DNA of 64,000 bases from Narcine bancroftii (GCF_036971445.1 NC_091480.1:38502001-38566000), one strand, 5' to 3'. Shown: positions 12,781 to 25,290, counted from the stretch's first letter. Made by a program: numbers and translations. Notes: a model not told the origin generated them from the letters alone.

Positions 12781-13474
12781 ACGGGGGGGGGGGGCTTCTG
12801 CAGGCATTGCCCCCCAAATGAGATATTGTGCCCCCCCCCACCCATGTCATAGTCAGTGGGATTATGACTGGGGAGAGTGGCGAAGTGGGCAGGTGTGGAA
12901 GAATTTTCATTACTCCCAGTGACGTCATCCCTCAGACAGCATTCTTGTGCACCCCTGGTTGTAATGAGCCAATGAGTGCTCACTGCAGTCCAGTGGAGCA
13001 TTGATTCATAACAGTGTAGAGCATCCTACTTAAGATATGTTTATACTATACACCTATAGCATTAACTCCTCCTGCGATTGCCATAATTGATATTCCAGTC
13101 TTCCCAAGGATTAAGGGATCAGACAACTTATTTTGAATTCGGATCATTCCTATCTCTTTGTACATTTGCTGCTACTGCTCTCAAAGGTCATTTCACTCAT
13201 TTCTCTTCAGCAGCATTTGGTATCAAGTGGTTGGACAGAGTTTGCACCATCTTGCATCCTGATCTGTAAACTTTGACTGGCATCTCTTAAGCCCCTTTCA
13301 CACAAGCAAATAGTTCCAGAAATCAGCCTTAAAGGAGTGGTTCTCAACCTTTTTTGCCCTAGGCCCCACTTGATTTTTCAAAAAAATCTACACCCCACTA
13401 GTAGTGGAAAAAAGCTATATATTCAAATGAAGTTTCAATTAAATCATTTACTGTAAGTGTATTTCCCTTGCACC

Positions 13475-14073
13475 TACGGCACCACCTACGGCTCCTAGAA
13501 CGCTTCCACCAGCGTTGTCTCCGCTCCATCCTCAACATCCATTGGAGCGCTTACATCCCTAACGTCGAAGTACTCGAGATGGCAGAGGTCGACAGCATCG
13601 AGTCCACGCTGCTGAAGATCCAGCTGCGCTGGATGGGTCACGTCTCCAGAATGGAGGACCATCGCCTTCCCAAGATCGTGTTATATGGCGAGCTCTCCAC
13701 TGGCCACCGTGACAGAGGTGCACCAAAGAAAAGGTACAAGGACTGCCTAAAGAAATCTCTTGGTGCCTGCCACATTGACCACCGCCAGTGGGCTGATAAC
13801 GCCTCAAACCGTGCATCTTGGCGCCTCACAGTTTGGCGGGCAGCAACCTCCTTTGAAGAAGACCGCAGAGCCCACCTCACTGACAAAAGGCAAAGGAGGA
13901 AAAACCCAACACCCAACCCCAACCCACCAATTTTCCCCTGCAACCGCTGCAATCGTGTGTGCCTGTCCCGCATCGGACTTGTCAGCCACAAACGAGCCTG
14001 CAGCTGACGTAGACTTTTTACCCCCTCCATAAATCTTCGTCCGCGAAGCCAAGCCAAAGAAAGAAAGAAAAAG
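13475..14073 (+). mobile_element. RTE LINE, variant A, 5'-truncated
   Basis: Uninterrupted ORF 13468-14007 (RTE C-terminus), (AAAG)n tail, 12-bp TSD atttcccttgca (13461-13472 / 14074-14085). Confidence 0.93.
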
Positions 14074-14208
14074 ATTTCCCTTGCAACCGCTGCAACCGTG
14101 TCTGCCTGTCCCGCATCGGACTTGTCAGCCACAAACGAGCCTGCAGCTGACGTGGACATTACCCCTCCATAAATCTTCGTCCACGAAGCCAAGCCAAAGA
14201 AGAAGAAG
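14074..14208 (+). mobile_element. RTE LINE, variant B, very short 3' end
   Basis: Same 3' end but with ggacattacccc and an (AAG)n tail, as in the 54858 copy. Confidence 0.88.
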
Positions 14209-14337
14209 GATTTCAAATCAATTAAGGTCGGGAATATACTGGAACACATATTTCGTATTCAACTACTACTTCAATATGTCAATCATCTCAAACACACATT
14301 CAACAATTGTCATCACTTCAGTGGGAACGTTGCCCAG

Positions 14338-14577
14338 TGTAGAGCTCGTCGAAAGAACCAAAGACTTGTTGATCCAAACCAAGGCTTTTATTAGCAAAAG
14401 ACAGGAGCTCTTCATAGGTGGCCGACCAGTCCGGAATGATCCGACCTGGCAGGGGACACAACCCTTTAAGGCCCAGACAGTAGGCATGGCAAAGCTCTCA
14501 GCCAATCGCTGTAAGCACACTCATTACATTCTAGATACTGTAACTATATACATTGGTGATAGGTCTGTACTATCACA
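14338..14577 (-). mobile_element. Solo LTR (240 bp)
   Basis: TG...CA termini, AATAAA on the minus strand near 14390, flanking GCCC repeats (14332-14335 / 14578-14581). Confidence 0.75.
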
Positions 14578-14649
14578 GCCCCTGACGCTGGCTGCAGGTT
14601 TTTATGATTTGAGGGACTAACTTTATTAGTTTCAACCTTAAATCTCCAT

Positions 14650-16110
14650 GTTTTGTAATTTCCAGTCAGTTTCTCTTAACTTGTAGCAAATCACTAACAG
14701 CACTGAAGCCACGTTCTACCAAATAAGACGATGGAAAATGTATCAATAGTTCTCTTGCTAAAGTAGTCAAGTTTGGGTATTTCTTTTCATTCCTTTCACT
14801 TTGAACAGAGTTTTCACAGATTCATCATGTTGTAACTCAGATAACTCCTCTTGGTATTGCACTTGGTATTGGCTGAGTTAACCAAGAGCTAAAATCCATT
14901 GCCTTTAAATCACAAAATCTATCATTGAAGTTGGTAACTAACATTTTCAAATGGCCAACAATGACGTTTGTAGCAGCATTAGTTACCTCACACTTATTCA
15001 GCCAATAAAATTGACTGAAATTTCTTGCAGAAATATTCCTTTGGCATAATTCTAGAAGCATCATGAATCCCAATATCTTTGGTTTTGTATCAATGGGCGC
15101 CATATTTGCTACTTGGATTTGCTTGTTCAATGTACTTAGTTTCTCAAAAATGTCCGTCAAGTAACTCACATAAGCTTTTCCAGCTGTTGTTTGTTAGCAA
15201 GAGCTTCATTTCAGGTTTGTCCTTCAAAAACTTGCCGAGGAGATCAAACAGTTCCATAGACCTTTTGAAGCAGTTTCCATTTGACAACCACCTTACTTCA
15301 GTTGAAGCAATAATTTCACATGTTCTCCATTTTTATCGACACAAAATTGCTTAAGCAGATGTTCACATTTGGCATTAGCTTTGATGGCATTGATACACTT
15401 GATCAAAGAATACAGTATCTCAGGTCGAACAGGGGAAACTTTCTTGGCAACTAAGTTTTCTCGGTGGATAACACAATGCACAACCAACATGTTTAGATTT
15501 TCATCCTTCATTAATTTTAAACATCCTGTTTTTTTACCCATCATAGCAGATGCACCATCTGTAGCACAAGATGCAATGTTTCCTTTTGGTATTTCATTTT
15601 CATCCAAATAATTTTTGAGCTTGCTGTAGATATCAACTTCACTAGTGGTTGTTTCTAATGTTTCACAAAACAACACCTCTTCTTGAAACTCTTCCTGTTC
15701 AATATATCTCACGTATGCCAGTAACAGAGCTTCACTGTCCCGTATGGTAGATTCATCCAGTTGTATTGAAAACTTTCATGATTTCAACTTCTCTATAAGC
15801 TGTTTTTCAACATCTTGACCCAAGTCATCTATTCTGTTGCAGACAGTACTATTACTCAATGGCATTGCTTGAACATCTTTGTCATCCTTTTACAGAACTG
15901 TTTTGAGAAACAATGATATTGTGGGTTAAATCAGTTCCTTCCTAATTGTATGATTATTCCCATGTTTTGCTATCAGCAGAGAAATTTCACAGCCCTTAAA
16001 TGATGAGATTTATGATCTACTTTCAAACTTTCAGTAATTAAAATGATTCCATGGTGTGGATGTTTTACTCTCAAACAATTTCAAGACAGCCTGCTTTCAT
16101 TGATTCATTT
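14650..16110 (-). pseudogene. Buster-type hAT transposase (ZBED5/SCAND3/FAM200-like), frameshifted
   Basis: Motifs FSIQLDEST, EEVLFC, CATDGASAMMG, HCVIHRENL and YLTDIFEKL spread over several frames. Confidence 0.9.
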
Positions 16111-16763
16111 GCAAAAGTAAAGGGGTCTGGACAGAGACATGATTGTTGAGATAATTTGGAATCCTCGTCACCAATGAGATAATTTGGAATGGATGATAAT
16201 AATAAGACCGGTCAGAAAATATATAATTATATTAACCAAGGATTACAACAATTAAAATAAAACAAGCAACGGAGAAACAACAGAGAAACATTGGAAGACC
16301 AAAAACACATGTTATGAAAATAAAAATAACAAAGTAGTTTTACTTGGAAGTTACCACGATTGTGTTTTACTGAGAGTGTTGCCAAGTCACATCTTTCACA
16401 CCAACATAACAAGTTTATTTTTTCAAACCAACTTTTTAATGATTTCCCAAAATATTCCCACGCCTCACCAAAATATTCCCATGCCACACCGGTGGGGCGT
16501 TTGCCCTACCTTGAGAATCTATGCTTAGTGTCTAGTGTGAAAGGAAAATCTTCTCAATGCCTGCATCAGATGACATCATCTCACATCGGGGATTGATGAC
16601 CTTGACCATGAGTACAATCCCCAGCATCTGCAGACGCCGGCATTAAAATCAGGCAAGTGTAGAATGGGCAATTTTGTTGCAGGATTGAAATGACCCAAAT
16701 TTTTGCATGGGTGCAGGAATGTGAAGGAAGAAAAAATTAAAATAAAGATATAAACTTTGCCGT

Positions 16764-16902
16764 NNNNNNNNNNNNNNNNNNNNNNNNNNNNNNNNNNNNN
16801 NNNNNNNNNNNNNNNNNNNNNNNNNNNNNNNNNNNNNNNNNNNNNNNNNNNNNNNNNNNNNNNNNNNNNNNNNNNNNNNNNNNNNNNNNNNNNNNNNNNN
16901 NN
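16764..16902. other. Assembly gap (139 N)
   Basis: Run of N. Confidence 1.
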
Positions 16903-17222
16903 AGCAGACCATTTTTAAACAGTATGGGAAAGTTAGTAGTGCTATAGCGCATAATTTATAAAGACCGTGCGAAAAAGTGATGTTGGACCTGACTTCCCAG
17001 AATGCATACAGCAGAGGAACCCCTCCTTGAGTGCTCCATGCATGCAGCCATGCACAGAGTCCTTTCTCTGCACATGGAATTCTGGGAGGGCAGATCTCTG
17101 GCATCGCTTTATCCCATGGTATTTATAAATTGTACGCGATCGAGCTACCAACTTACCCTTGCTGTATAAATTGTGCGCTATAGCACTACCAACTTTCCCA
17201 CACTGTTTAAAAATTGTCCGCT
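16903..17222. repeat. Foldback/MITE-like inverted repeat
   Basis: 16903-16960 is an imperfect reverse complement of 17165-17222. The right arm is built of ~42-bp subrepeats (ataaattgt.cgc.at...ctaccaactt). Confidence 0.75.
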
Positions 17223-17324
17223 ATTGCTATTTTATTGCTAAAACTTTCCCGCAGTCTCTTATAAAGGTTTATATAGGTTGGCACCATAACAACAGGGGCT
17301 GAAGGGCTCATACTGTTCTGTTTT

Positions 17325-17415
17325 TCTTTGGCTTGGCTTCGCGGACGAAGATTTATGGAGGGGTAATGTCCACGTCAGCTGCAGGCTCGTTTGTGGCTGA
17401 CAAGTCTGATGCGGA
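17325..17415 (-). mobile_element. RTE LINE, variant B, short 3' end
   Basis: Reverse complement of ...ggacattacccctccataaatcttcgtccgcgaagccaagccaaag. Confidence 0.9.
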
Positions 17416-17515
17416 TGAGTTTGTGAGCATCTTTTGAGGGGGAGGATGTGGAGGGGAGGACGTATCCCCGGACACTAAACAGCTGATTTATTGGGACGCA
17501 AGTGTGAAAGGAGCT

Positions 17516-17521
17516 TCTCTC

Positions 17522-17566
<45 letters not shown>
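17516..17566. repeat. (CT)n microsatellite
   Basis: Read directly from the sequence. Confidence 0.95.
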
Positions 17567-17569
<3 letters not shown>

Positions 17570-19539
17570 GTCCCTGAAAACCCTTCCAAATGAACCTAGT
17601 AAAGTGTAAATGTCTCAGTACAACACAGTAGGCATGATGACAGAGGAGCCATCACTCCTGCTGAAGCATGTCTTGTGATTAGTGTGAAGGCATTGCGAGA
17701 GATTAGGGTGTGAATTAGAATAATCAAAGTGAATCTTTGAGAGTATCTGTGAGGCCCCCCATCTTCCCACATTTAGTGGCTTTCCTGGTTTGGACAAGGG
17801 GCTCCCAGGGCATAGAATCTCCTGAGAATAAAATCAGTAATATGAGGCTTAATCAGAAAGAAAGTGGATGTAGTTGAGGGTGAACCATGATCTTTTGAAT
17901 AACAGAGAGGTCTTGTCAGTTGTAAAACCTACTCTTGGTTCTATATCTCATATTGTTATAAAGAGCCACAGATGAAGACTCTAAAACAACACAAAGAATT
18001 TCTGACAGAAGTCTATTTTCATGACTTTACACGCAATATTTACACACAATAGGCCAGATAATCCAATCCAATAACTGGTAGTTCCAGTTATTACTAATGG
18101 AACTTTATGATGGCTTGGATACAAAGATGGACTCCTCACTACTGAACCACAAAGATTCCAGTTTCCCTCGATGTGGTCCCTCACTGAGATGGTCCAGTGC
18201 TTCGATACACAGTCTCTGTTCTCAACAATCCAATTTATTTTAATTGTACTTGAGCTTAACGTGACCCAGAGACCTGGCTCAGACAGGATTTTTTTATGGC
18301 AGATCTGTAAGGGGTACATTTATTGCTGGAGAGAATTTTCAATCTTTACCATGGTGGAGAGAAGCAGGAGGACCAAACCAATCCCCCACCAAAAGCCATA
18401 AAATACAAAGAAAGATGTAAAATGCACAAGTGAAATATTGGATGATGAATTATATTTCACTGAAACAAGGAGACAGCACAAAAGCAAGCTATTTAAAAAC
18501 TATACATAGGAAACAAAAACACAACATTGCAGAAGCTCACAACAGTTTAAGGCTGGATTCAATAAAGTGCAAAGGCTGTAAATCCCTGACCATATATTTC
18601 TCCCACAGTTGACAAATACTCAATAGCGAAATTGGATTCATTTAGACTGCCGAGAAAATCCTGGTAAGTACACCAAGTTTCTATTAGAGATGTTCTCAAC
18701 TGAAGCTTTCCACTAGAAACCAATACAAACGTAGCTTTAAGATGTAAATAAGAACTCCGGACTATCAATGCAAAGCAACAATGTAATATTTGCTTCTGGA
18801 GTGTTAAATTATCCCATTCTTAATATGAAAATACAATTTTTCAGACATAATGTTTCTCTTTCAGAATATCCACAGAAAGTTATGTTATTGGTGCAAAGAA
18901 AGACTGGTCACATGGTCTCCATGTACCTCAGAACCACATTCTGGCAAGATGCCGCAGATAAACTGATCGTCAGAGTTCAGCAAGGACAAAAGGCGGCAAA
19001 ATGGGAACGAATGTTGCAGCAGAAGATATGCATCAAGTAGCCAGCAAGTGACAGATGATCTGGCATGTCTGTGAAAGATTCTTCCGCAAAACATTCTGTG
19101 TTACCAAGAAAACAAATAAATCTGACATACATATCAGTACTAAGTAATCTACCTGATTTCCAAATTATTCTTCTCAAAAACATGTTATAATCAGCATTGT
19201 TCAATGCTTCAGTAATACTGCTCTTCTGAACGTTATTTTGATGCATTTTTGTGCACATCAAAGTGAAGTGTGATAGCATTAGAAAATGACAGTTTCCTCT
19301 TGCTTACAAATTGGGTGGGTTGGGCAACAAAACTCCTATTCAACTTCAATAATAAACTTGAGGCCAGTTCGCAGTTTCTATGGTGACATGCATGGCAGCT
19401 CGAGTGAAAAAGGCCACTATAATTGAGCTTCAATGGTAGGTATGTTGGAGAATGAGTAGTTGGTGCAGTTGTGAGACCAATCACTCTGTTCTACATGAAT
19501 AAATAGCAGGAAGAGAGAAGAAGCCATCAACACTGACTG

Positions 19540-19990
19540 TATAATCCCAAAGTTGAACTCAAGGTTTGGGCCTTTCCTCTTATTTTCAGAATGTCCTAAA
19601 CCACATACCACTCAATAAAATATTTTTGCAAAGTAGACAGAGAGAGACGGAAGGAAACATGACATTCACACATATTAATCGACATTTCCCTATTTCTATA
19701 CTCATTGGCACCAGGAATAATCCAGGTATCACTACCTTTAAGATCCTGTTTTTCATTATCTCTCCTAACTCCTTAAAATCCACCTATAGGAATGCAGCTT
19801 TTCCTTTCTATCCATGTCACTGATGCCAATGTGGAACACAACCACTGGCTGTTCCTGCTCCTGGATTATCCTTGACATGATTCTAAGAAAGCAACTTCTG
19901 GTCCTGGGAACATACCTCAAGTCTGTAGAAACACTTGTCTGCTTCCCTAACTGGACAATCACCCCACCCCCCCCCCCCCCCCCCACCACC
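19540..19990 (-). mobile_element. CR1 ORF1 (SGNH esterase-like) remnant
   Basis: EQEQPVVVFHIGISDMDRK and DFKELGEIMKNRILKVVIPGLFLVP resemble CR1 ORF1 EQPxVVVHIGTND...FRELG...VVISGLLPVP. Confidence 0.7.
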
Positions 19991-20296
19991 CCGCCCCACT
20001 CTCCCCTACAAGCTTAACCACCTCCTCCTCCCAATAGCACTGGGCCTTGGAAGTATTGCAAGGTGAGTTTAAAGTTTTCTTTTGTGACAGGATTCTCAAT
20101 ACAGGCCCGATACAGACTTTATCAAAACAACTATGGACAAGTGTGTTCTCCCCAAATTATTTTTGATTTTCTCTAACCATAAGTCATGGATGAACAATGA
20201 AATCCAGAACCTGCTGAGACCAAAATCACAGGTAATTATATCCAGAGATCCAGAACACTACACAAGGAGCAGGTACCACCTACGAAAAGCCATCTC

Positions 20297-21805
20297 AGAA
20301 TCAGGATTTATTGTCATGAACAAGTCACGTAATTTTATGTTTTGAAGAAGCATCATAGAGCAAACATTCATATTATAAACCATCTTACAACAGTAATATA
20401 CAAAAAATAAAAATAATAGTGCACAAAAAGTAAGGCAGTGTCTTTGGTTTATTGATCATTCAGGAATCTGATGGCAGTGGGAAAGAAACTGTCCCGATGC
20501 CACTGAGTGTTCACCTTTAAGCTCTGTACCTCTTCCTGAAGGTAACAGAGTGAAAAGGGCATGGCCTAGGTGGTGGGGGTCTTTGAGGATAGAGACTGCC
20601 TTTTTAAGATACCGTCTCATGTAAATGTCCTCGATGGAGTGAAGTCCGGTGCCTGTGATGTTGCAGGCCAAGTTAACAACTCTCAGGATTATTTTCTTGT
20701 CCTGAGAGTTTGCGCTTTCATATCAGGGAGTGATGCAACCAGCCAGAATGCTCTCCATGGAACACCTGTAGAAATTTGAGAGTCTTCAGCCACATACCGA
20801 ATCTCCTCAGACACCTCGCAAAGTATAGCTGCTGATGGGTCTTCTTTGTGATTGCATTAATGTGGAGACTCCAGGACACATCCTCGAAAATGTCGACACC
20901 CAAGAATTTGAAGTTCTTGACCCTCTCCACTACTGAGTCCTTAATGAGGACTGGATTGTGTTCCCTTGACTCCCTCCTAAAGTCCACAATCATCTCTTTG
21001 GGTTTGCTAACATTGAGCACAAGGTTGTTGATATGACACCACTCAAAGTGCTGATCTATTTCCCTCCTGTACGCTTCCTCATTGCCGTTTGTGATTTTGC
21101 TGACAACAGTTTTGTCATAGGCAAACTTGTAGATAGCATTGGAATGTACCTGGCCGCACAGTCATGAGTGTACAATGAGTAGAGCAGTGGGCTAAGCACG
21201 CATCCTTGGGGTGCCCCTGTGCTGATAATCAGTGAGGAGGAGACGTTGCTTCCAGTTCGTACTGACTGTGGTCTTCCAATGAGGAAGTCAAGGATCCATT
21301 TTCAGAGTGGGGTACAGAGGCTCAGAGTTTGTAGCTTCTTGACCAGGACTAAGGGAATAATGGTATTGAAGGCTGAGCTGTAATTAATGGAGCAGGCGTA
21401 TATATGAGTTGCTGTTTTCGAGATGTTCTAGAGCTGAGTGGAGAGCCAGTGATATTGCATCTGCTGTGGAACGATTGTGATGATAGGTGAATTGCAGTGG
21501 GTCCAGATCATTGCTAAGGTAAGTGTTAATTCTGGCCATGACCAGTCTCTCAAAGCATTTAATAATTGTAGACGTTAGTACTACTGGGCAATAGTTGTTG
21601 AGGCAGCCCACGCTACTCTTCTTGGGTACTGGTATGAATCATGCCCTTTTGAAGCAGGTGAGAACCTCTGACTGCAGCAATGAGAGATTGATAATGTCAG
21701 TGAACACTCCAACTAGTTGGTTGGTGCAGGTTTTCAGTATTCTGCCAGTTGCGCTATCAGGACCTGACACCTTGCGAGGGTTCACCTTGTTGAATGATGT
21801 TCTAA
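20297..21805 (-). mobile_element. Rex1 LINE inserted antisense into the older Rex1
   Basis: [23 protein letters not shown] and KFLGV motifs. Same family as 2028-2916. TSD catctc (20291-20296 / 21806-21811). Confidence 0.9.
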
Positions 21806-22400
21806 CATCTCCTGGGCAAAGTGGACATTCTGGATGAGATTGGAAACAGCGAAGGATACACCATCGCTGTAGAAGGGCCTAAATGACATAACCTGCTACA
21901 AAACCAAATCTGGTGCATTAGGAGATACCAAACCTTCATTCCCAGATGAACTCAGTGCCTTCTATGTTTGATTTGACCATCAGAACAAGAAAAAGCCACT
22001 GCACACCACCATGTTCCATGATGACCTTCCACTGTCAGTATCCAAGGATGTCACGCAGGCTGTATCTAGAACAATGAATGCAAGGAAAGCATCCAGTCCA
22101 GATGCTGACCAACTTCACGGATATCTTCAACATCTCACTCCAACAGGGCATTATACCCACCTTTTTAAACAAGTTTCAATTATACCGGTGCCCAAGAAGA
22201 ATGTGATAATCTGCCTAAATATTGTCCAACTAGTGACATCCACATCCACGGTGATAATTTTCTTTCGATAGGCTGGTGTTGAAGCATATCAGCTCTTATC
22301 TGAGCCATGACATGGATCTATTCCAATTTCCCTACTGCATCAACAGGTCTAAACCAGATATCATCTCATGGGCTCTCACCATACCTTGGAACACCTAGAA

Positions 22401-23589
22401 GTGTAGAACCATAGAATGTTACAACACAGAAACATGCCCCTTCAGCCCTTCTAGTTTGCACCAAACAATTATTTTTGCCTAGACCAACTCACCGGCACCC
22501 AGTCTATAGGCCTCCATATCTCTCTCATCCATGTACAAGACCAAATTCTTCTTAAATGTTAAAATTGAGCCTCCATTCACCACTTCAACTGGCAGTTTGT
22601 TCCACATACCCACCAATCTGTGTGACAAAGTTCCCCACCACATTCCCCTTCCACCTCTAATTCATATCCTCTGGTTTACATATCACCTACCCTCAGTAGA
22701 TAAAGTCTACATTTACTCTATCTCCCTCACAATTTTAAGTACCTCTATCAAATCTCCCCTCATTCTTATACACTCTAGGGAATAAAGTCCTAACTGGTTT
22801 AACGTGAAGTTCAGGCCACATCCTAGTAAATATTCTCTGCGCTCTTTCTATCTTATTGATATCTTTCCTTTGGTTAGGTGACCAAAACTGCACACAATAC
22901 TCCAAATTTGGCCTCACCAATGTCTTATACAACTTTACCATAACATCCCAAATCCTATACTCAATAATTTGATTTATGAAGGCCAATATGCCAAAAGCTC
23001 TCTTTACAAACCTATTTAATGGAAAGTGATGCCACTTTCAGGGAATTATGTATCTGTATTCCTAGATCCCTTTATTCTACTACACACCTCAGTGCCCTGC
23101 CACTTACTGTGTACGTCCTTTCTTGGTTTGTCCTTCCAAAATGCAACATCTCTCACTTTTCTGCATTAAATTCTGTCTGCCATATTACAGCCCATTTTTC
23201 CAGTTGGTGCAGACCCCTCTCCAAGTTTGAATACCTTCGCTGTCCACAACACCTCCAATCTTAGTGTCATCTGCAAACTTGCTGATCTAATTTACCACAT
23301 TATCCACCAGATCATTGATCTTGGTGACAAACAACAATGGTCCTAGCACCAATCCTTGAGGCACCCCACTAGTCACAGGCCTCCAGTCTGAGAAATAATC
23401 ATCCACCATTACTCTCTGGATTCTCCTGTCCAGCCATTGTCGAATCTAGTTCATTACTTCACCATGAATACCTAGCTTCTGAACCTTCCTGACTAACCTC
23501 CAATGTGGGACCTTGGCAAAGGCCTTACTAAAGTCCATGTAGACAACATCTGGAGCCTATCTTTCATCAGCTTTCCTGGTAATCTCCAC
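22401..23589 (-). mobile_element. CR1 LINE, 5'-truncated
   Basis: LYKTLVRPNLEYCVQFWSP; KFADDTK at about 23260-23280; TTCTATGGTTCTA tail. Confidence 0.9.
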
Positions 23590-25084
23590 AAACAAAGATG
23601 AATATGACAGCATGCTCTTTATTGAATATAGTTTGGCATTCAACACCACCATCCCCTCAAAACTGATCAGCAAACTCCAAGGCTGGACTTCAATACCTTT
23701 CTGTGTTCAAGGATCCTGGATTCCTCACCTCTTCAGTCAGTGAGGATTGGCACTATCTTCATCAGTTGTACCAGAGCACCAGAGGGCTGCGTACTTTGCC
23801 CCTACACTACTCACTTTACAGCTATGACTGTGTGGCTTGGTATAGCAACAGCACCATCTACAAATCTGCTGATGCTACCACTGTAGTGCATTGTGCAAAA
23901 AGGGGTAATGAGATTGAAAAGTTGGCTGAATGGAATACTAACGCCAACCCCACACTCAATGTCACCAAAACCAAGGAGCTGATTGTGCACTTTACAATGG
24001 GAAAACAGAGGTGTACGATCCAGTAATCACTCGGGGACCAGAGGTGGAGAGGGTGAGAAAATTTACGTTCTTGGGAGTCACTATCTTGGAGAACCTTTCC
24101 TGGATCCAAAACACTAATGTCATCACAAAGAAAGCACGTCAGCACCTCTACTTCCTCAGGAATTTGCAGAGGTTTGGCATGACATCAAAACCTCGGCAAA
24201 TTTATGCATATGTGTAGTGGAAAGTGTGCTGATTGGCTGCATCGTGGCCAGGAATGGGGGGAGCCAATATCTCTGAGTGAAAAGTCCTGCAAAAAGTAGT
24301 GGACCCGGCCCAGTTCATCACAGGCAAAACTTTCGCCACCATCGAGAAAATCTACATGGAATACAGTCGTTGGAGAGCAGCAGCAATCATCGAGGATCCA
24401 CACCACCCAGCACACACTCTGTTCTCACTGCTGCCATCAGAAAAGAGGTATAGATGCCACAAGACTCACACCACCAGGTTCAAGGACAGCTGCTCCCCCT
24501 CCACCATCAGACTCCTCAACCACAAACTCAATCAGGATACTTGGCACATTATTTATCTTTTTCTTCTGAATTACACAGTTGATTTGTTTACATTTCTTTC
24601 TTTGTTTACATTTCTCTCTTTTGTAAACATATCTTTTTTAAGTACAGTGTTTTACACTACGATTAAATAGAAATTATACCTGGCTCGCAGGGAAAAGAAT
24701 CTCAGGGTTCTATGTGATGTCATGTATCTACTCTAACAATACATCTGGAATATGAATCAATTTCCTGTTGAAGATGTGGAAATGTTCTCTGCATGTGATT
24801 TAACCTTCTGCCAAAAGTACATTTCCCACCAGGTACAGGATTAGTGAACACACTCTATTTGCTAAAGCACACATATAATAAAATCCCAGCTGGACATTTC
24901 CAATAATTTATATACTTATTGTGTTAATATTTCAGGCAATTTCATGGACATTGCACCTTCTCAATTGTTATATTTTTCTTCAGTGTTAACAGATATACCT
25001 TTAGCTAATTTAACAGCAAAATGGTCTTCTCCTGTTTCTATGTTGTTAAGGTGTTCGGAGATATGCAAATTATTATAGCACAAT

Positions 25085-25290
25085 AGCACAATGTTATTAC
25101 AGCGCCAGCAACACAGGTTCAAATCCAGCGCTGTCGGTAAGGAGTTTGCATGTTTTTTCTGTGTCTGCATGGGCTTTCTCTGGGTGCTCTGGTATCCTCC
25201 CACCCTCAAAAAAGTATAGGGGGTTGTAGGTTGATTGGTGTATTGGGGTGGAACCAGCTCGGAGGACGAAGTTTCAATGATGTATGTCTA
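25085..25290 (+). mobile_element. V-SINE/HE1-like SINE
   Basis: B-box ggttcaaatcc plus V-core. Confidence 0.8.

Larger units (their letters stand above)
13335..16523 (-). mobile_element. hAT Buster/Charlie DNA transposon, decayed
   Basis: TIR-like ends gagtggttctcaacc / ttgagaatctatg enclosing a transposase pseudogene. Confidence 0.8.
13291..16669. mobile_element. Possible PIF/Harbinger-type MITE split by the Buster element
   Basis: Left end gcccctttcacacaagc, preceded by TAA, is an imperfect inverse of right end gcaagtgtagaatgggc. Internal agtgtgaaagg at about 16534. Confidence 0.4.
20105..24750 (+). mobile_element. Old Rex1 LINE in three pieces (20105-20296, 21812-22400, 23590-24750)
   Basis: Collinear pieces: FSNHKSWMNNEI...YHLRKAIS; IIPVPKK...; then TIIP-like sequence, YKSADATTVV, LNVTKTKELIV, LLPSEKRYR, and a 3' tail. 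Confidence 0.8.

Noticed and set aside
13638-14249. Recurrent antisense and alternative-frame ORFs over RTE copies
   Set aside because: They are shadow frames of a GC-rich, young repeat and recur only because the copies are nearly identical.
14650-16110. Domesticated ZBED5/SCAND3/FAM200 gene
   Set aside because: Multiple frameshifts and stops, with TIR remnants. It is a dead transposon, as is the GTF2IRD2-like ORF at 35893-37639.
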